Part shown: positions 50,032 through 60,565 of the stretch, in pieces
How the letters are laid out: every line of letters starts with the position of its first letter
Position numbering within the stretch: position 1 is the stretch's first letter
NCBI GenBank assembly: GCA_027001995.1
Contig: JALTLO010000141.1
Location: 41,753 to 105,752, forward strand
Source: Planctomycetota bacterium
Lineage (GTDB): Bacteria; Planctomycetota; GCA-002687715; DRQF01
DNA length: 64,000 nucleotides
Reading direction: 5' to 3'
Notes under the pieces: generated by a model
Database searches by the model: none
The model's input: the letters and a program-made list of their open reading frames with translations, nothing else
What the model was told of the DNA's origin: nothing
Translations under genes and position numbers: made by a program

Positions 50032-51741
50032 GTGAACACGCAGATCCTCGACATACTCGAAAATTCCGGGAAACTGGACGAACGTACACTTCAAGACTGT
50101 CTCCGTATCGAGAAAGACACCGGACAATCGTTAGACAAGATTGTCCAACGACGGGGAATCATGACGGAAGAGGAGTTCAACCGCCTCTACGCCGAAGCAG
50201 CCGGGATTCCTTTTAAGGATGTTCTGGCTGACACCAAGGTTCCTGAATCCTTCATCGATTGCATCCCACAGCAATTCGCCCGCAACTACACAGTCATCGG
50301 TCTCAAGTGCGATGGCGCGATCATGACCGTAGCGACTTGCAACCCACTCGACATTTATCCCATTGACGACATGGCTTCGATGCTCAATTTAGAGGTCGAT
50401 GCAATTGTTGCCCCCCGCAATGAGATCACCAACCTGATCAACCGGGCTTACCGGGGCAAGAACGAGGTTGTCGATGAAGTCATCGACGACTTAGAGGGCC
50501 AAGATTACGACGAAATTGCATCGATGGTTTCGGAGTCAGAAGATCTCCTCAACGTCGCCAACCGTGCGCCCATCATTCGCTTGGTCAATATGATCCTCTT
50601 CCAAGCTCTGAAGATGCGCGCTTCCGATGTCCACATCCAACCATTCGAAGACAAGGTGCAAATTCGTTATCGCATTGACGGCATCCTCTACGACATGGAA
50701 TCACCGCCCAAGAGCGTACAGGAAGCCATCGTTTCCCGGGTCAAGGTCATGGGCAAGATGGACATCGCCGAGCGCCGTATTCCCCAGGATGGTCGGGCCA
50801 GCATCAAGATTGGTGATTCCGAGGTCGATGTTCGTATTTCGTCGGTGCCCACCAACTTTGGCGAGCGTATTGTTATGCGTTTGCTCGACAAAAGCTCAGG
50901 AGTCTTCAAACTCGACGAATTGGGCTTCGATGTGAAGCAGCGGGAGTACATGGAAAAGATGCTCCACCTGAGTCATGGCATTGTCTTCGTGACCGGGCCA
51001 ACGGGATCAGGTAAGTCAACCACACTCTACGCCGTTCTCTCCGGTATCGATTCCACCGAGAAGAATGTCATCACCATTGAAGACCCCATCGAGTATCATC
51101 TTTCAACTATCAGCCAGATCCAAGTTGCTGAGAAAAAGGGACTCACTTTCGCCGCCGGTCTTCGTTCTCTTTTGCGTCAAGACCCGGACATCATGATGGT
51201 GGGCGAGGTGCGTGATGAGGAGACTGCTCGCATTTCAATTCAAGCGGCTCTCACCGGTCACTTGGTTTTCTCTACTCTACATACCAATGATGCCCCCGGT
51301 GCTGTGACCCGTATGGTTGACATTGGCATTGAGCCATTCTTGGTGGCTTCATCTTTGGTCATGATTATCGCTCAGCGACTTGTTCGTCGCATCTGCCCTG
51401 ACTGTAAAGAGCTTTATGAGCCCACGGAGGCCGATGCCAAGGAAATGGGTGAATTGCGGTTGAGTCAAGACATGCTCCCAGAAGGCCTTCTCCCCCGCGG
51501 GCGAGGCTGCGACATGTGCTACAACACGGGCTATCAAGGCCGTGTGGCGATCTACGAAATGCTTCCAATCAATGAGGAGATCAAGGTTCTCATCATCGAG
51601 CGAGCCAACGCCACAGAAGTCAAGCGGGCGGCCATTAAGGCTGGCATGCGAACTCTGCGGCAAGATGGTGTCGAAAAAGTTAAGTTAGGTCTCACCACCA
51701 TGGCGGAGATTATCCGCGTGACTCAAATGGACATCGAGTAA
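50032..51741 (+). CDS. gspE: Type II secretion ATPase
   Basis: 'GPTGSGKST', 'LRQDPDIMMVGEVRD', 'TGHLVFSTLHTND', CxxC..CxxC. Confidence 0.94.
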   Translation: MNTQILDILENSGKLDERTLQDCLRIEKDTGQSLDKIVQRRGIMTEEEFNRLYAEAAGIPFKDVLADTKVPESFIDCIPQQFARNYTVIGLKCDGAIMTVATCNPLDIYPIDDMASMLNLEVDAIVAPRNEITNLINRAYRGKNEVVDEVIDDLEGQDYDEIASMVSESEDLLNVANRAPIIRLVNMILFQALKMRASDVHIQPFEDKVQIRYRIDGILYDMESPPKSVQEAIVSRVKVMGKMDIAERRIPQDGRASIKIGDSEVDVRISSVPTNFGERIVMRLLDKSSGVFKLDELGFDVKQREYMEKMLHLSHGIVFVTGPTGSGKSTTLYAVLSGIDSTEKNVITIEDPIEYHLSTISQIQVAEKKGLTFAAGLRSLLRQDPDIMMVGEVRDEETARISIQAALTGHLVFSTLHTNDAPGAVTRMVDIGIEPFLVASSLVMIIAQRLVRRICPDCKELYEPTEADAKEMGELRLSQDMLPEGLLPRGRGCDMCYNTGYQGRVAIYEMLPINEEIKVLIIERANATEVKRAAIKAGMRTLRQDGVEKVKLGLTTMAEIIRVTQMDIE

Positions 51742-51744
51742 TCC

Positions 51745-52959
51745 ATGCCGATTTTTGAATATCGAGCCTATGACGAATCGGGCAATAGCCGTGTGGGTAT
51801 TGTCGACGCAGACACGCCCGCGGCGGCAAGAACAAAGTTGCGCCAGGACCGGGTTCATGTCTACGAAATTGAAGAACTCAACGATTCTAAAGGTACGGAC
51901 AAGAAAAAGAAAAAGATTCGCTTGCGCCGCGGTGCAATCACGGAGCTATCCATTGTCACCCGGCAGTTCGCCACCCTCCTGAACGCCGGTATCCCTGTTG
52001 TTGAGGCTCTCAAAGCCCTCATCGATCAGGTAGAAAGCCGTGACATTGAGCAAGTGTTTCGCGATGTAAGGGAGAAAGTCACCCAAGGCCAGACCATCGG
52101 CGAAGCCGTAGGCAACCACCCCGCTTTCTTCTCCAACCTATACATCAACATGATCAAGGCCGGTGAAGCCTCCGGCAACTTAGATGCCATTATGATTCGC
52201 TTGGCCGACTACATGCAAAAGCAGAATAAGATGCGCAATAAAGTCGGGGCGGCCATGGCTTACCCGGCGGTCATGGTTGGCGTTGGTATCATCGTGGTCA
52301 GTATCTTGCTCACCGTTGTCGTCCCGAAAATCGAAGAAATCTTCCGGGAATCGGAGGCTGCCCTGCCCCCAACAACCGAGCTCCTCATCGCAACCTCCGA
52401 CTTCTTGATCAATTATTGGTGGCTCCTCATTGGTTTCTTCGCCGCGATCTTCTTCTCCTTCAAAGCGTGGACACGCACGGAGAAAGGGATTGAGAAGTGG
52501 CACAAGATGCTCCTTCGCATGCCGATTTTTGGCATGTTGATGCGTAAACAAGCGATTTCACGATTCGCCACCACCATGGCAACCCTCTTGGCATCGGGTC
52601 TTCCTGTACTCAATGCCCTGAAAATTGTGCAAGAAGTCATTCAAAACCGAATACTGGCCAATGCCGTCGGCGACATCCACGAGTCCATCGTTGAAGGCTC
52701 GGATATCTCCACCCCTTTGGCCAAGACCGGCATCTTTCCTCCCATGGTTGGTTATATGATCGCTACCGGTGAGCAATCCGGTCAATTGGAAGAGATTCTT
52801 TTCAAAGTGGCAGAGGCCTACGACGAAGAAGTCGACATCGCCACCCAAAAGATGACATCATTGATGGAACCTCTTATTATTGTTGCACTTGCAGTCGTTG
52901 TTGGCTTCATCGTCATCTCGATTGTGCAACCCATGATCCAAATGAGCGGCATGAACTAA
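51745..52959 (+). CDS. gspF: Type II secretion inner-membrane platform protein
   Basis: 'TRQFATLLNAGIP', 'AGEASGNL', 'GEQSGQL', 'LMEP'. Confidence 0.94.
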   Translation: MPIFEYRAYDESGNSRVGIVDADTPAAARTKLRQDRVHVYEIEELNDSKGTDKKKKKIRLRRGAITELSIVTRQFATLLNAGIPVVEALKALIDQVESRDIEQVFRDVREKVTQGQTIGEAVGNHPAFFSNLYINMIKAGEASGNLDAIMIRLADYMQKQNKMRNKVGAAMAYPAVMVGVGIIVVSILLTVVVPKIEEIFRESEAALPPTTELLIATSDFLINYWWLLIGFFAAIFFSFKAWTRTEKGIEKWHKMLLRMPIFGMLMRKQAISRFATTMATLLASGLPVLNALKIVQEVIQNRILANAVGDIHESIVEGSDISTPLAKTGIFPPMVGYMIATGEQSGQLEEILFKVAEAYDEEVDIATQKMTSLMEPLIIVALAVVVGFIVISIVQPMIQMSGMN

Positions 52960-53092
52960 TCCTTTGCGGAAGGATTTGCCAAATTTTGCGTCTATAATGG
53001 TGCCTCAGCATTCCAAGTTGTACTCAATCATCTTGGAGATTGCCGAAGCGAAAACGGATGCCTTTCTCAAAGGCAAGTGATTCGAGAGAAAT

Positions 53093-53503
53093 ATGAACGT
53101 TCAAAAGCACGATCGTCAAAGTGGTTTTACCCTTGTCGAACTTATGGTTGTGGTAGTCATTCTGGGGCTCCTTGGAGGCATCGGTGCCGTCGCATTTCGT
53201 CAATTCGGCAAGGATGCCAAATTAGATTTGGCCGCCGTCAAATGCGCTGACCTGGAAAAGGCCATCGACAGCTTCACCATCCGGGAGGGCGACATTGACC
53301 CGGACGACATGTGGGATGAGATGCTTGACAAAAAGAAGATCAAGAAGCGGAAAGACATCAAAGATCCTTGGGGCGAAGAATTCGTTGTGCTCAAAGATGA
53401 CGACGGCAATTATTCGGTCATCTCCAAAGGGCCGGACAAACAAGAAGACACCGAAGATGATCTGGGTAGAAACGGTAAACTGAGCGAACAAGACGACTCC
53501 TGA
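53093..53503 (+). CDS. gspG: Major pseudopilin-like protein
   Basis: Prepilin site 'GFTLVELMVV', 'DPWG', 'SKGPD..TEDD'. Confidence 0.85.
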   Translation: MNVQKHDRQSGFTLVELMVVVVILGLLGGIGAVAFRQFGKDAKLDLAAVKCADLEKAIDSFTIREGDIDPDDMWDEMLDKKKIKKRKDIKDPWGEEFVVLKDDDGNYSVISKGPDKQEDTEDDLGRNGKLSEQDDS

Positions 53504-54162
53504 TGAAGATGATCGGCACAACAACAGAGATGCGAACACCTCTCGCAGGAGGTTTCACCTTGGTGGAACTTCTTGTCGTTGTTGCCATTTTAGGAATCGG
53601 AACAGGTTGGTCGGTGGTCGCTTTCAGTGGCGTGACCGAAGAACAAGAATTATCAACTGCCGTACGAGAAATGGTAGGAGTCTACCGTGAGCTCCGAGCC
53701 TTTGCAGTGAAAGAACGGCGAGACTGCTTCTTGGAGTTCGATATCGTCAAAGGCAAGTGGCGCCGACAGATCTACCCCACCAAAGACCGCATGGGTCGCT
53801 TCGTCCAGGTTTCCCGGGACGGAGAGTCGGAACTCCTCGACCGAGATTTCATCGAGGAGAAAATCGACCGCAAAGCTTGGTCCGATCTTCAGTCCTCGGT
53901 TTTCATCAAGGATATTCAAGCCCCAGGTCCTCAAGGGAACGACACATTCACCGAAGACTACTGGCTTCAATTCCGAACGGACGGCACGATCCCTCCCCAT
54001 ATCATTCACTTCAGTACCGCCAATGGTGAGTTGGAGCTGTCTTTAGAAGTGGAAGAAATCACCGGTCAGGTAACCGTCAAGCGAGGCTACGTTGAATTCT
54101 ATACCCCCAGGGAAGAAGACTTCGACATGATGGGAGGTGAAAACAATGATGAAGACAACTAA
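53503..54162 (+). CDS. Minor pseudopilin, GspH-like
   Basis: 'GFTLVELLVV', 'F..DG', 'ITGQV'; position after gspG. Confidence 0.75.
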   Translation: MKMIGTTTEMRTPLAGGFTLVELLVVVAILGIGTGWSVVAFSGVTEEQELSTAVREMVGVYRELRAFAVKERRDCFLEFDIVKGKWRRQIYPTKDRMGRFVQVSRDGESELLDRDFIEEKIDRKAWSDLQSSVFIKDIQAPGPQGNDTFTEDYWLQFRTDGTIPPHIIHFSTANGELELSLEVEEITGQVTVKRGYVEFYTPREEDFDMMGGENNDEDN

Positions 54163-54907
54163 GTCAACAAACCCTCAGTCCGGCATGACACTTCTTGAAG
54201 TCATGGTGGCCCTCATCATTGTTTCAACCACCGCTCTTCCATTGTTGGTGTCCCTAGGTGATGCCCATCGGCGCGTCACCCGCGCCAATATCAAGCGACA
54301 GATGAAGCAGCTTATGGAATACAAGCTGTCTCACATCCTTCTAGACCGCCCTGCGGAAGACAAAGACCCCATCTATGTTGATGGGGTCGAAGGCAACTTC
54401 GGTGAAGACTTTGAGCTGGCAGACAGCGAAGAGAAGGCTTACTTCTTTGACGAATCCCTTTACAACTACTCCTATCGCATCGACTCCCAAGAAATCGACT
54501 TAGGAAGTAGCGGCGGCATCACGGGCGATGAAGAAGGGGATCAGGACAACTCCACCAGATCAAGGCAAGACCCGGCTGGCGACCCCGGCTTAGGTTTGGG
54601 AGGAGCAGAAACGGAAGGGCAAGCCGAAGAATCGCAGGGGCAATTGCGCTACATCGTCACCTTGACCGTGCTATTTCGCAGCGGTAACGCCAACTTCGAT
54701 CAAGCCATGAGTGTTGTCACATACGTGCGGCACCCTCATGAAAGCGAGGCCATGACCGGCCCAGACTTGGGCCCAGGCGGAGGTGGAGGTCTCGGCGGTG
54801 GACAAGCTGGAACTGGTGCCAACACCAATGGCCAGCCTCGCCCAGGTACAAACAGCACACCGTCAAACTTGTTGACAGGTGGTGGTGGCGGCGGTGGTGG
54901 GAGATAG
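54137..54907 (+). CDS. Minor pseudopilin, GspI-like, with acidic and Gly-rich extensions
   Basis: 'GMTLLEVMVALII'; position in cluster; start may be a downstream ATG. Confidence 0.72.
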   Translation: MKTMMKTTKSTNPQSGMTLLEVMVALIIVSTTALPLLVSLGDAHRRVTRANIKRQMKQLMEYKLSHILLDRPAEDKDPIYVDGVEGNFGEDFELADSEEKAYFFDESLYNYSYRIDSQEIDLGSSGGITGDEEGDQDNSTRSRQDPAGDPGLGLGGAETEGQAEESQGQLRYIVTLTVLFRSGNANFDQAMSVVTYVRHPHESEAMTGPDLGPGGGGGLGGGQAGTGANTNGQPRPGTNSTPSNLLTGGGGGGGGR

Positions 54908-56011
54908 ATGACCATGACAATGCAATCCAAACAAAGCGGCTTCACGCTCATGGAACTCCTCATTGCCATTATGATCTCAGGCATGGTCTTCATGGGTGTT
55001 TTCACCGTGGTGCGAGCAGGTATCAACACCCAGATGTATGTGCGTGAAATGAGCGATGCTGGACGACAAGGCCCTGCCATCTTGAGCCAACTCCAAGACG
55101 ACCTGGAAAACGCCTACTTCTACAACATCGTTGAGAACAATTTCTTCCATGGCAAACAGGTCGACATTGGCAATGGCAACCGGGGTGATCAGCTCCATTT
55201 CATCACTTGCCGCCCATCTCTGTTGGATGATGAAGAAATCAGCGTCGTTGAGCCTCACAAAGCTATGCTGACGGAAGTGAGCTGGGTGCTGAAAGAAAAC
55301 CCCGATGATGACCGTTACTTCGAGTTACACCGCCGCGAGCAACCCATGGTGAACGACCGCCAGTTCTCTGGGGGTTACTTTCGCATGATTTCCGATCGAG
55401 TGGTGAGTTTCCGCGTCCAATATACGGGCTGGAAATTTGGTGGGGATGATCTGGAAACGCGCTTAGGGCAAGACCTCGCTGGTAACTCTTCCAGAGGGCG
55501 TGAAAGCTCAGAAGAAGATGGGGCCGAAGAAGAAGAGTCCTTGGAGTGGGATGACGAATGGGCATCCCGAGACCTGGGGGCCTTGCCAGTGGCAGTCAAG
55601 ATCGAGCTCGTCGTATCCCCAGATATCGACCAGGATGTTATGGACCGCATGAACCGTGATGGACGAGAACAAGAGTTAGACCGCTCTTACATCCATATCA
55701 TTCTCCTACCCCAATACCGCGAAGACAAAGGCAACATGCAAGCTACCTCCATCTGGGATGGCACTGTTGCCGAACCTTTCCAGCAAGGAGGCGGCGGTGG
55801 TATCGGCGGTGCTAACCGTGGGGGTGCCAATGGTCCAAACGGCGCACGTGCTGGAGGGCGCAACAATGGTGGACGAAGCGGAAACAATCCCAACGGAAGC
55901 GGGACCACCCCAACCAACTCCACCAGCAACCCATTCTTGAACATCATCCGTGGGGGCAGCAACAACGCTGGCGGTGCTAACCCCTTGGGTGTGCTACGGG
56001 GCGGCAATTAG
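54908..56011 (+). CDS. Minor pseudopilin, GspJ-like, with Gly/Asn-rich tail
   Basis: 'GFTLMELLIAI', 'W.DEW..LPVAVKIEL'. Confidence 0.78.
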   Translation: MTMTMQSKQSGFTLMELLIAIMISGMVFMGVFTVVRAGINTQMYVREMSDAGRQGPAILSQLQDDLENAYFYNIVENNFFHGKQVDIGNGNRGDQLHFITCRPSLLDDEEISVVEPHKAMLTEVSWVLKENPDDDRYFELHRREQPMVNDRQFSGGYFRMISDRVVSFRVQYTGWKFGGDDLETRLGQDLAGNSSRGRESSEEDGAEEEESLEWDDEWASRDLGALPVAVKIELVVSPDIDQDVMDRMNRDGREQELDRSYIHIILLPQYREDKGNMQATSIWDGTVAEPFQQGGGGGIGGANRGGANGPNGARAGGRNNGGRSGNNPNGSGTTPTNSTSNPFLNIIRGGSNNAGGANPLGVLRGGN

Positions 56012-56043
56012 TCAATCCCAAGACTTCCCCGACTTCCAAGCCT

Positions 56044-57321
56044 CTACTTTTTCTTCGGCTCCAAGAGACTTACCCCGCCCATGTAAGGTCGCAGAGCTTG
56101 TGGAATGTGGATACTGCCATCTTCTTGCTGATGGTTCTCAATCAAAGGAATCAAAACACGAGGGGAAGCAATGACAGTGTTGTTGAGGGTATGACAGAAA
56201 CGCACCTTGCCCTCTGCATCCCGATATCGCAATCCTAAGCGGCGCGACTGAAAATCATGAAAGCGGCTGGCACTATGAGTTTCGGAGAACGATTCCCGGG
56301 ATGGCATCCAGGTTTCGATGTCAAACTTTTGCACCTGCCCGCTACCCAAGTCACCCCCACAGACATTGACCACCCGATAAGGCAGCTCAAGCATTTGCAA
56401 GACTTCCTCCGAGTTCTTCAGGATCTCTTGATGAAACTGCTTCGAAATCTCCTCGTCATTGGGGCAAAGAATGACTTGTTCAATTTTTTGAAATTGGTGA
56501 ATGCGGTAAAGCCCTCGGGTATCCCGTCCCGCAGCCCCTGCTTCTCGGCGATAACAGTTGGACCAGCCACAAAGTTTCGTGGGCAATTCTGACATGTCCA
56601 AGATTTCACCGGCGCGGTAGGAAGTCAAAGGCACTTCGGCCGTGCCAATCAAAAAGAGGTCATCCCGTTCCGTGCAATAGGCTTGGTCTTCTCCACCAGG
56701 GAAATAGGCCGTTCCCTCCATAGCCTCTCGCCTCACCAAGTTGGGCACGATCATCGGAGAGAAACCCTTGGCCACCATATGGTCCATAGACATCCTGAGC
56801 ACTGAGAGTTCCAAGAGGGCTCCAGCATTTTTCAGAAAATAGGTGCGGCTCCCAGCAATACGGGCGGCACGCTCAAAGTCGAACATGTCATGCATTTGCC
56901 CCAGTTCGAGGTGATCACGTTGGTCGAAGTCAAAAGTAGGAATGGTTCCTTCAGATCGCATTTCGACGTTCTCTAAGTCGTCCTTGCCATCTGGGACTTC
57001 TGCTGCCGGTGGATTCGGCAAGGTCAACAAAAGCCTCTGCAATTCTTCGTCAAGAGACTTGACCTGAGACTCTATTGCCTTCTGCTCCGCTCCCAAAGCC
57101 TTCATGGCTTTGATCGTCTCCATCTTCTCGTCGCCTTGAAGTGAAGGAATCGCTTTCGTGGCTTTGTTTTGTTCAGCCTTCTTGGACTCTGATTCAGCCC
57201 GGAGCTTACGCACTTCACTATCCAACTTAAGAACCTGATCAACATCGCAAGCAATGTGCTTCTTGATAGCGCCATCACGAACGACGTCGGGATTTTGACG
57301 AACAAATTTCAGATCAAGCAT
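56044..57321 (-). CDS. serS: Serine--tRNA ligase
   Basis: 'LIGTAEVPL', 'YRREAGAAGRDTRGLYRIHQFQKIE', 'HTLNNT'. Confidence 0.97.
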   Translation of the reverse strand: MLDLKFVRQNPDVVRDGAIKKHIACDVDQVLKLDSEVRKLRAESESKKAEQNKATKAIPSLQGDEKMETIKAMKALGAEQKAIESQVKSLDEELQRLLLTLPNPPAAEVPDGKDDLENVEMRSEGTIPTFDFDQRDHLELGQMHDMFDFERAARIAGSRTYFLKNAGALLELSVLRMSMDHMVAKGFSPMIVPNLVRREAMEGTAYFPGGEDQAYCTERDDLFLIGTAEVPLTSYRAGEILDMSELPTKLCGWSNCYRREAGAAGRDTRGLYRIHQFQKIEQVILCPNDEEISKQFHQEILKNSEEVLQMLELPYRVVNVCGGDLGSGQVQKFDIETWMPSRESFSETHSASRFHDFQSRRLGLRYRDAEGKVRFCHTLNNTVIASPRVLIPLIENHQQEDGSIHIPQALRPYMGGVSLLEPKKK

Positions 57322-58114
57322 CGGCTAAGTTCTCCCAAGAACGGCATCGATTGAGAAATTCATTCAATCCCCGTTCTGATTGGTCATCCATGCGGAAGAC
57401 AATTCTTTCGGTCAAATAATGTTTTGCCAGGCTGTCCTTCAAACCAAAGCTTGAAGCCAACTCCCGGACAATGGACTCAATCTCTTCCATGCCGGTGTCC
57501 AAAGCGGCAAGAAACTTATTCGATAAATCAGGATGGCGAGTTAGAGTTTCATGACGCACTCCCCAAACAGCAAAAACGAAAGGCAACCCTGTGGCTTCCG
57601 TCCACGCCAAGCTGAGATCAATACATTCCCAAGGGCCTTGGGGCACCCGCAAGAGCGCCAAATCGCCGATGACCAAGATGCCATCAAATTGCTCCGCCCG
57701 TTCTTCATCCTCAAGCAAGGCCTTTGGTGATTCTTCAACAAACTCAAATCGTTCCCAAGGATGGCCTAAGAAACTAACCAAGTAGATTTTTGTCAGCATC
57801 TGAGACGTGCGAGAGTGAGGATCCAGGGCGATTCTGATTTTTCCTTGGCCCCTCTCAAGAACTCCGCTCTTCAGATAGAGCAAGACACTGTCAACGGCCC
57901 CATGGGCACCGATGCAAAGTCCTGGCAAGTAGGTCAAACGAGGGTCCTTAAGCAGGGTGACACAAGGCACTAAGCCCACATCCGCATCCCCAGACAAAAG
58001 AGCCTCTGCTGCTTCTGCAGGTGGCAGATCTCGAACCTCGAAGTCTTCCTGCGACCTCAAGCCCTCTACCAATGGCCTGGCATTAAAATAAGAAACAGCG
58101 GCAACCCGAATCAC
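57314..58114 (-). CDS. mqnA: Chorismate dehydratase (futalosine menaquinone pathway)
   Basis: 'VSYFNARPL', 'G.V.SV', 'SRTS', 'IGDLAL', 'TGLPFVFAVW'. Confidence 0.88.
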   Translation of the reverse strand: MIRVAAVSYFNARPLVEGLRSQEDFEVRDLPPAEAAEALLSGDADVGLVPCVTLLKDPRLTYLPGLCIGAHGAVDSVLLYLKSGVLERGQGKIRIALDPHSRTSQMLTKIYLVSFLGHPWERFEFVEESPKALLEDEERAEQFDGILVIGDLALLRVPQGPWECIDLSLAWTEATGLPFVFAVWGVRHETLTRHPDLSNKFLAALDTGMEEIESIVRELASSFGLKDSLAKHYLTERIVFRMDDQSERGLNEFLNRCRSWENLADA

Positions 58115-58206
58115 GTAAAAAACCCTTCCGAATCAAAATATGGGCTGGATTCACTCCCGTTATGACGAAATCACCCCTGGGGCAAAAGTAGGATGTGGCC
58201 TCTGTG

Positions 58207-58248
58207 AAAAAAAGAAACCCACAATTCACTGAATCGTGGGCTTCTTTT
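58207..58248 (-). terminator. Intrinsic terminator after the 58267..60411 gene
   Basis: Minus strand aagaagcccacgattc-agt-gaattgtgggtttc followed by a T tract. Confidence 0.8.
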
Positions 58249-58266
58249 GATTTCCAGCGAAGGTGG

Positions 58267-60411
58267 TTAATTCACCCGGGTCCAGGCGGAGACAATTTTG
58301 CCCAGAATCTTGTGGTCATAAACGAGCTGACCAACTCGTTTATCCTTGCTGCTGCCACAATTCTTGATGGTGATGTCCGTGGGGAACCAAAGATCGATCA
58401 TCTTCTGCCCTCTCGAATCGACCTTCATGTTTTTGCGCCCCAAGACCTTGCCCTTGCCGTTTTCTTTCCTGATGGTGACGGTCGGAGCTAGGCGATCTTG
58501 CTGGAAGTTAAAATAGACCTCTCCCATATTTCCGATCACTTCTATGTCTTGGCCTTTGACGACGATCTCACCGGGGGCATCCCCGGAGGAGAGATCGCAA
58601 TTCATGCGGAAGCCATTTTCCCCAGCCCCACCCAGATTCCAGGTATTGAGCTGACCACTTCGGGCCTCCATCTTACTCTTGCCACGACCAATCAAGATGT
58701 GTGATTGTTTCTTGCCCTTGCCAAGAGTGATGTATCCGAGGTGGACTGCATAGCGCCCTGGGGGAATCCACATAGGTTTGTCGATGGCCTTGGCGATATC
58801 AAAATAGGCTTCTGCGTCTTCACCGCTTCCTTGAACGATAAGAAAGTCTGGCCGGACGCCACTGGCGGTCTTGAAGTTCACACGAACCGGGGCCAGTGAT
58901 CCTTTGTAAGGACGGGACCGAACGAGGCCGGTACTTACACCAACCACTTTGAATTCGAATGGATATAGAGCACCATTCTCTTCCAAGAGAATGAAACGTC
59001 CGAGAGGTTCGATGCGCGCCTTCTTCCCTTTGCCAATCATGACCGCGTCAACACCGGTGTCCCGAAAAGATCCGTTGCCATTGCAATCAAGCAAGGTCAC
59101 TTTGTGACCGCGAACCGTGCCTTCAAGGCCCGTAGCTCCGAGCCATGCAATCAGTTTTTGGTTGGCAGAATTGGGGTCATTGTATTTCTTGCCAAAGAGC
59201 TTCAAGGATTCCGCACCGTAGTCCATCACCATGTTGGTAATCGTGCGGCTCTTGTCATCAGGATAGACGACCTTTTTCTTGAGCTTGATGAATTTCTGCT
59301 TCAGCTTTAGCTTCTTGGCAGACTTATCTTTCTTCCCTTTCAAATAGACCTTGCCGTCATAATGCATTTCTGCCCCAGGAAGGAAGTTCTTGACTGGAAC
59401 CGGATCTTTGTCCTTCTCAAGCAAGATGTACTGGAGGAAGGGATCTTTCCTGGGGTTGTTTGGACGGCAAACGGCGAAGTTGTAATAGGGCACCTTGATC
59501 TTGGTGAAGAGTGGAAGGGACTTTTCTTTGAATCCCTTGTCATCGACAAAAGTATATTCTGCGGAAGACGTGGGGGCCTTCGACGCCCCGACAGACTTCC
59601 CACCGGATTTCTCACTTCCCTCAGTGGGGATCTGATTCCGGGCGGCCAAAGCTTTGTCGTAAGCGACTTTGGCATCCGCCATGGATAACTTGGTATCGAT
59701 CAGCTCAGGAAATTCCACCTGACGTTTTTCGCGCATTTTGGTGATGGCATTATTGATGTCTGGAAAACGAGCAATGACACCGGCCTTTTGGGCTGGTCTT
59801 GAGGCGGTCTGGTACCAGTAGGCGCTGTTGAAATGGTTCCCGGCCTTGAGCCAACAGCGACCGACAAAATCTGCAGTTTCAGCCGTCAAGTAGTCGTCAC
59901 CCAGTTTCATATAACCCCGGGCAGCACGACTGTAGGCGGCGATAGCTTTGGACATGGCTTCTTCATTGCCGTCTGCGGCCCCATCGTTGTAGGCCACATA
60001 GCCTTCTTCCGCAGCCTTTCTTGCCTCCACATAGGCCTTGAGTTGTTCGGGCGTGTAAGCCGCGACTTTGAGGCGCCTCGCGGTCAGAAACTTATCATCA
60101 TGCTTAGTGCGGTAATTTGAGCTCAAATACTGCATATTGAGCATTTGCTTGTCGGCGGCTTCTGCATTGTTGGCAAGGCTGTACCCGACCCAGAGCTTCT
60201 CGTAGAGGAAGTAAGCGTAAAAGGCTGCGTCTTTGTTCTCGTCCACCATCTTGGCTTGCATTGAGAAATCGTTGGCATCTACGGCTTTCTCAAATGCGAC
60301 GCGAAAGACATCTGCCTGGCTTTGCGCCTGTATTTGGCTTACCCCAACTAAGAAGGCAAACAGGGCTGCCAGAAGGCTAGTCTTGAAAACGATTTGTCGT
60401 CGCATGGTCAT
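58267..60411 (-). CDS. Large secreted hypothetical protein (helical TPR-like N-half, beta-rich C-half)
   Basis: Signal peptide, RBS gaggag, 'DCNGNGSFRD' loop, own terminator. Confidence 0.75.
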   Translation of the reverse strand: MTMRRQIVFKTSLLAALFAFLVGVSQIQAQSQADVFRVAFEKAVDANDFSMQAKMVDENKDAAFYAYFLYEKLWVGYSLANNAEAADKQMLNMQYLSSNYRTKHDDKFLTARRLKVAAYTPEQLKAYVEARKAAEEGYVAYNDGAADGNEEAMSKAIAAYSRAARGYMKLGDDYLTAETADFVGRCWLKAGNHFNSAYWYQTASRPAQKAGVIARFPDINNAITKMREKRQVEFPELIDTKLSMADAKVAYDKALAARNQIPTEGSEKSGGKSVGASKAPTSSAEYTFVDDKGFKEKSLPLFTKIKVPYYNFAVCRPNNPRKDPFLQYILLEKDKDPVPVKNFLPGAEMHYDGKVYLKGKKDKSAKKLKLKQKFIKLKKKVVYPDDKSRTITNMVMDYGAESLKLFGKKYNDPNSANQKLIAWLGATGLEGTVRGHKVTLLDCNGNGSFRDTGVDAVMIGKGKKARIEPLGRFILLEENGALYPFEFKVVGVSTGLVRSRPYKGSLAPVRVNFKTASGVRPDFLIVQGSGEDAEAYFDIAKAIDKPMWIPPGRYAVHLGYITLGKGKKQSHILIGRGKSKMEARSGQLNTWNLGGAGENGFRMNCDLSSGDAPGEIVVKGQDIEVIGNMGEVYFNFQQDRLAPTVTIRKENGKGKVLGRKNMKVDSRGQKMIDLWFPTDITIKNCGSSKDKRVGQLVYDHKILGKIVSAWTRVN

Positions 60412-60565
60412 ACGATCTCCTCAATTTTTGAAACAACTTCAAAGTTGTTCACCACGACCTCACCCAGGAGGCCTCATTGCATTTGTCAGGTGCGCGATGC
60501 CCTTTTCACAAAGGAACGCTGGGGGCTGACATCATACTCGATTCGACCAAAAGTCGAACCGCAAA

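Noticed and set aside
54770..55990. GGC/GGT-rich stretches as DNA repeats
   Set aside because: They simply encode the Gly-rich protein tails; no regular repeat-spacer structure
56044..57321. serS (and the cysteine desulfurase) as dedicated selenocysteine machinery
   Set aside because: Ordinary housekeeping genes far from the selenoprotein; no selA/B/C/D seen in the window
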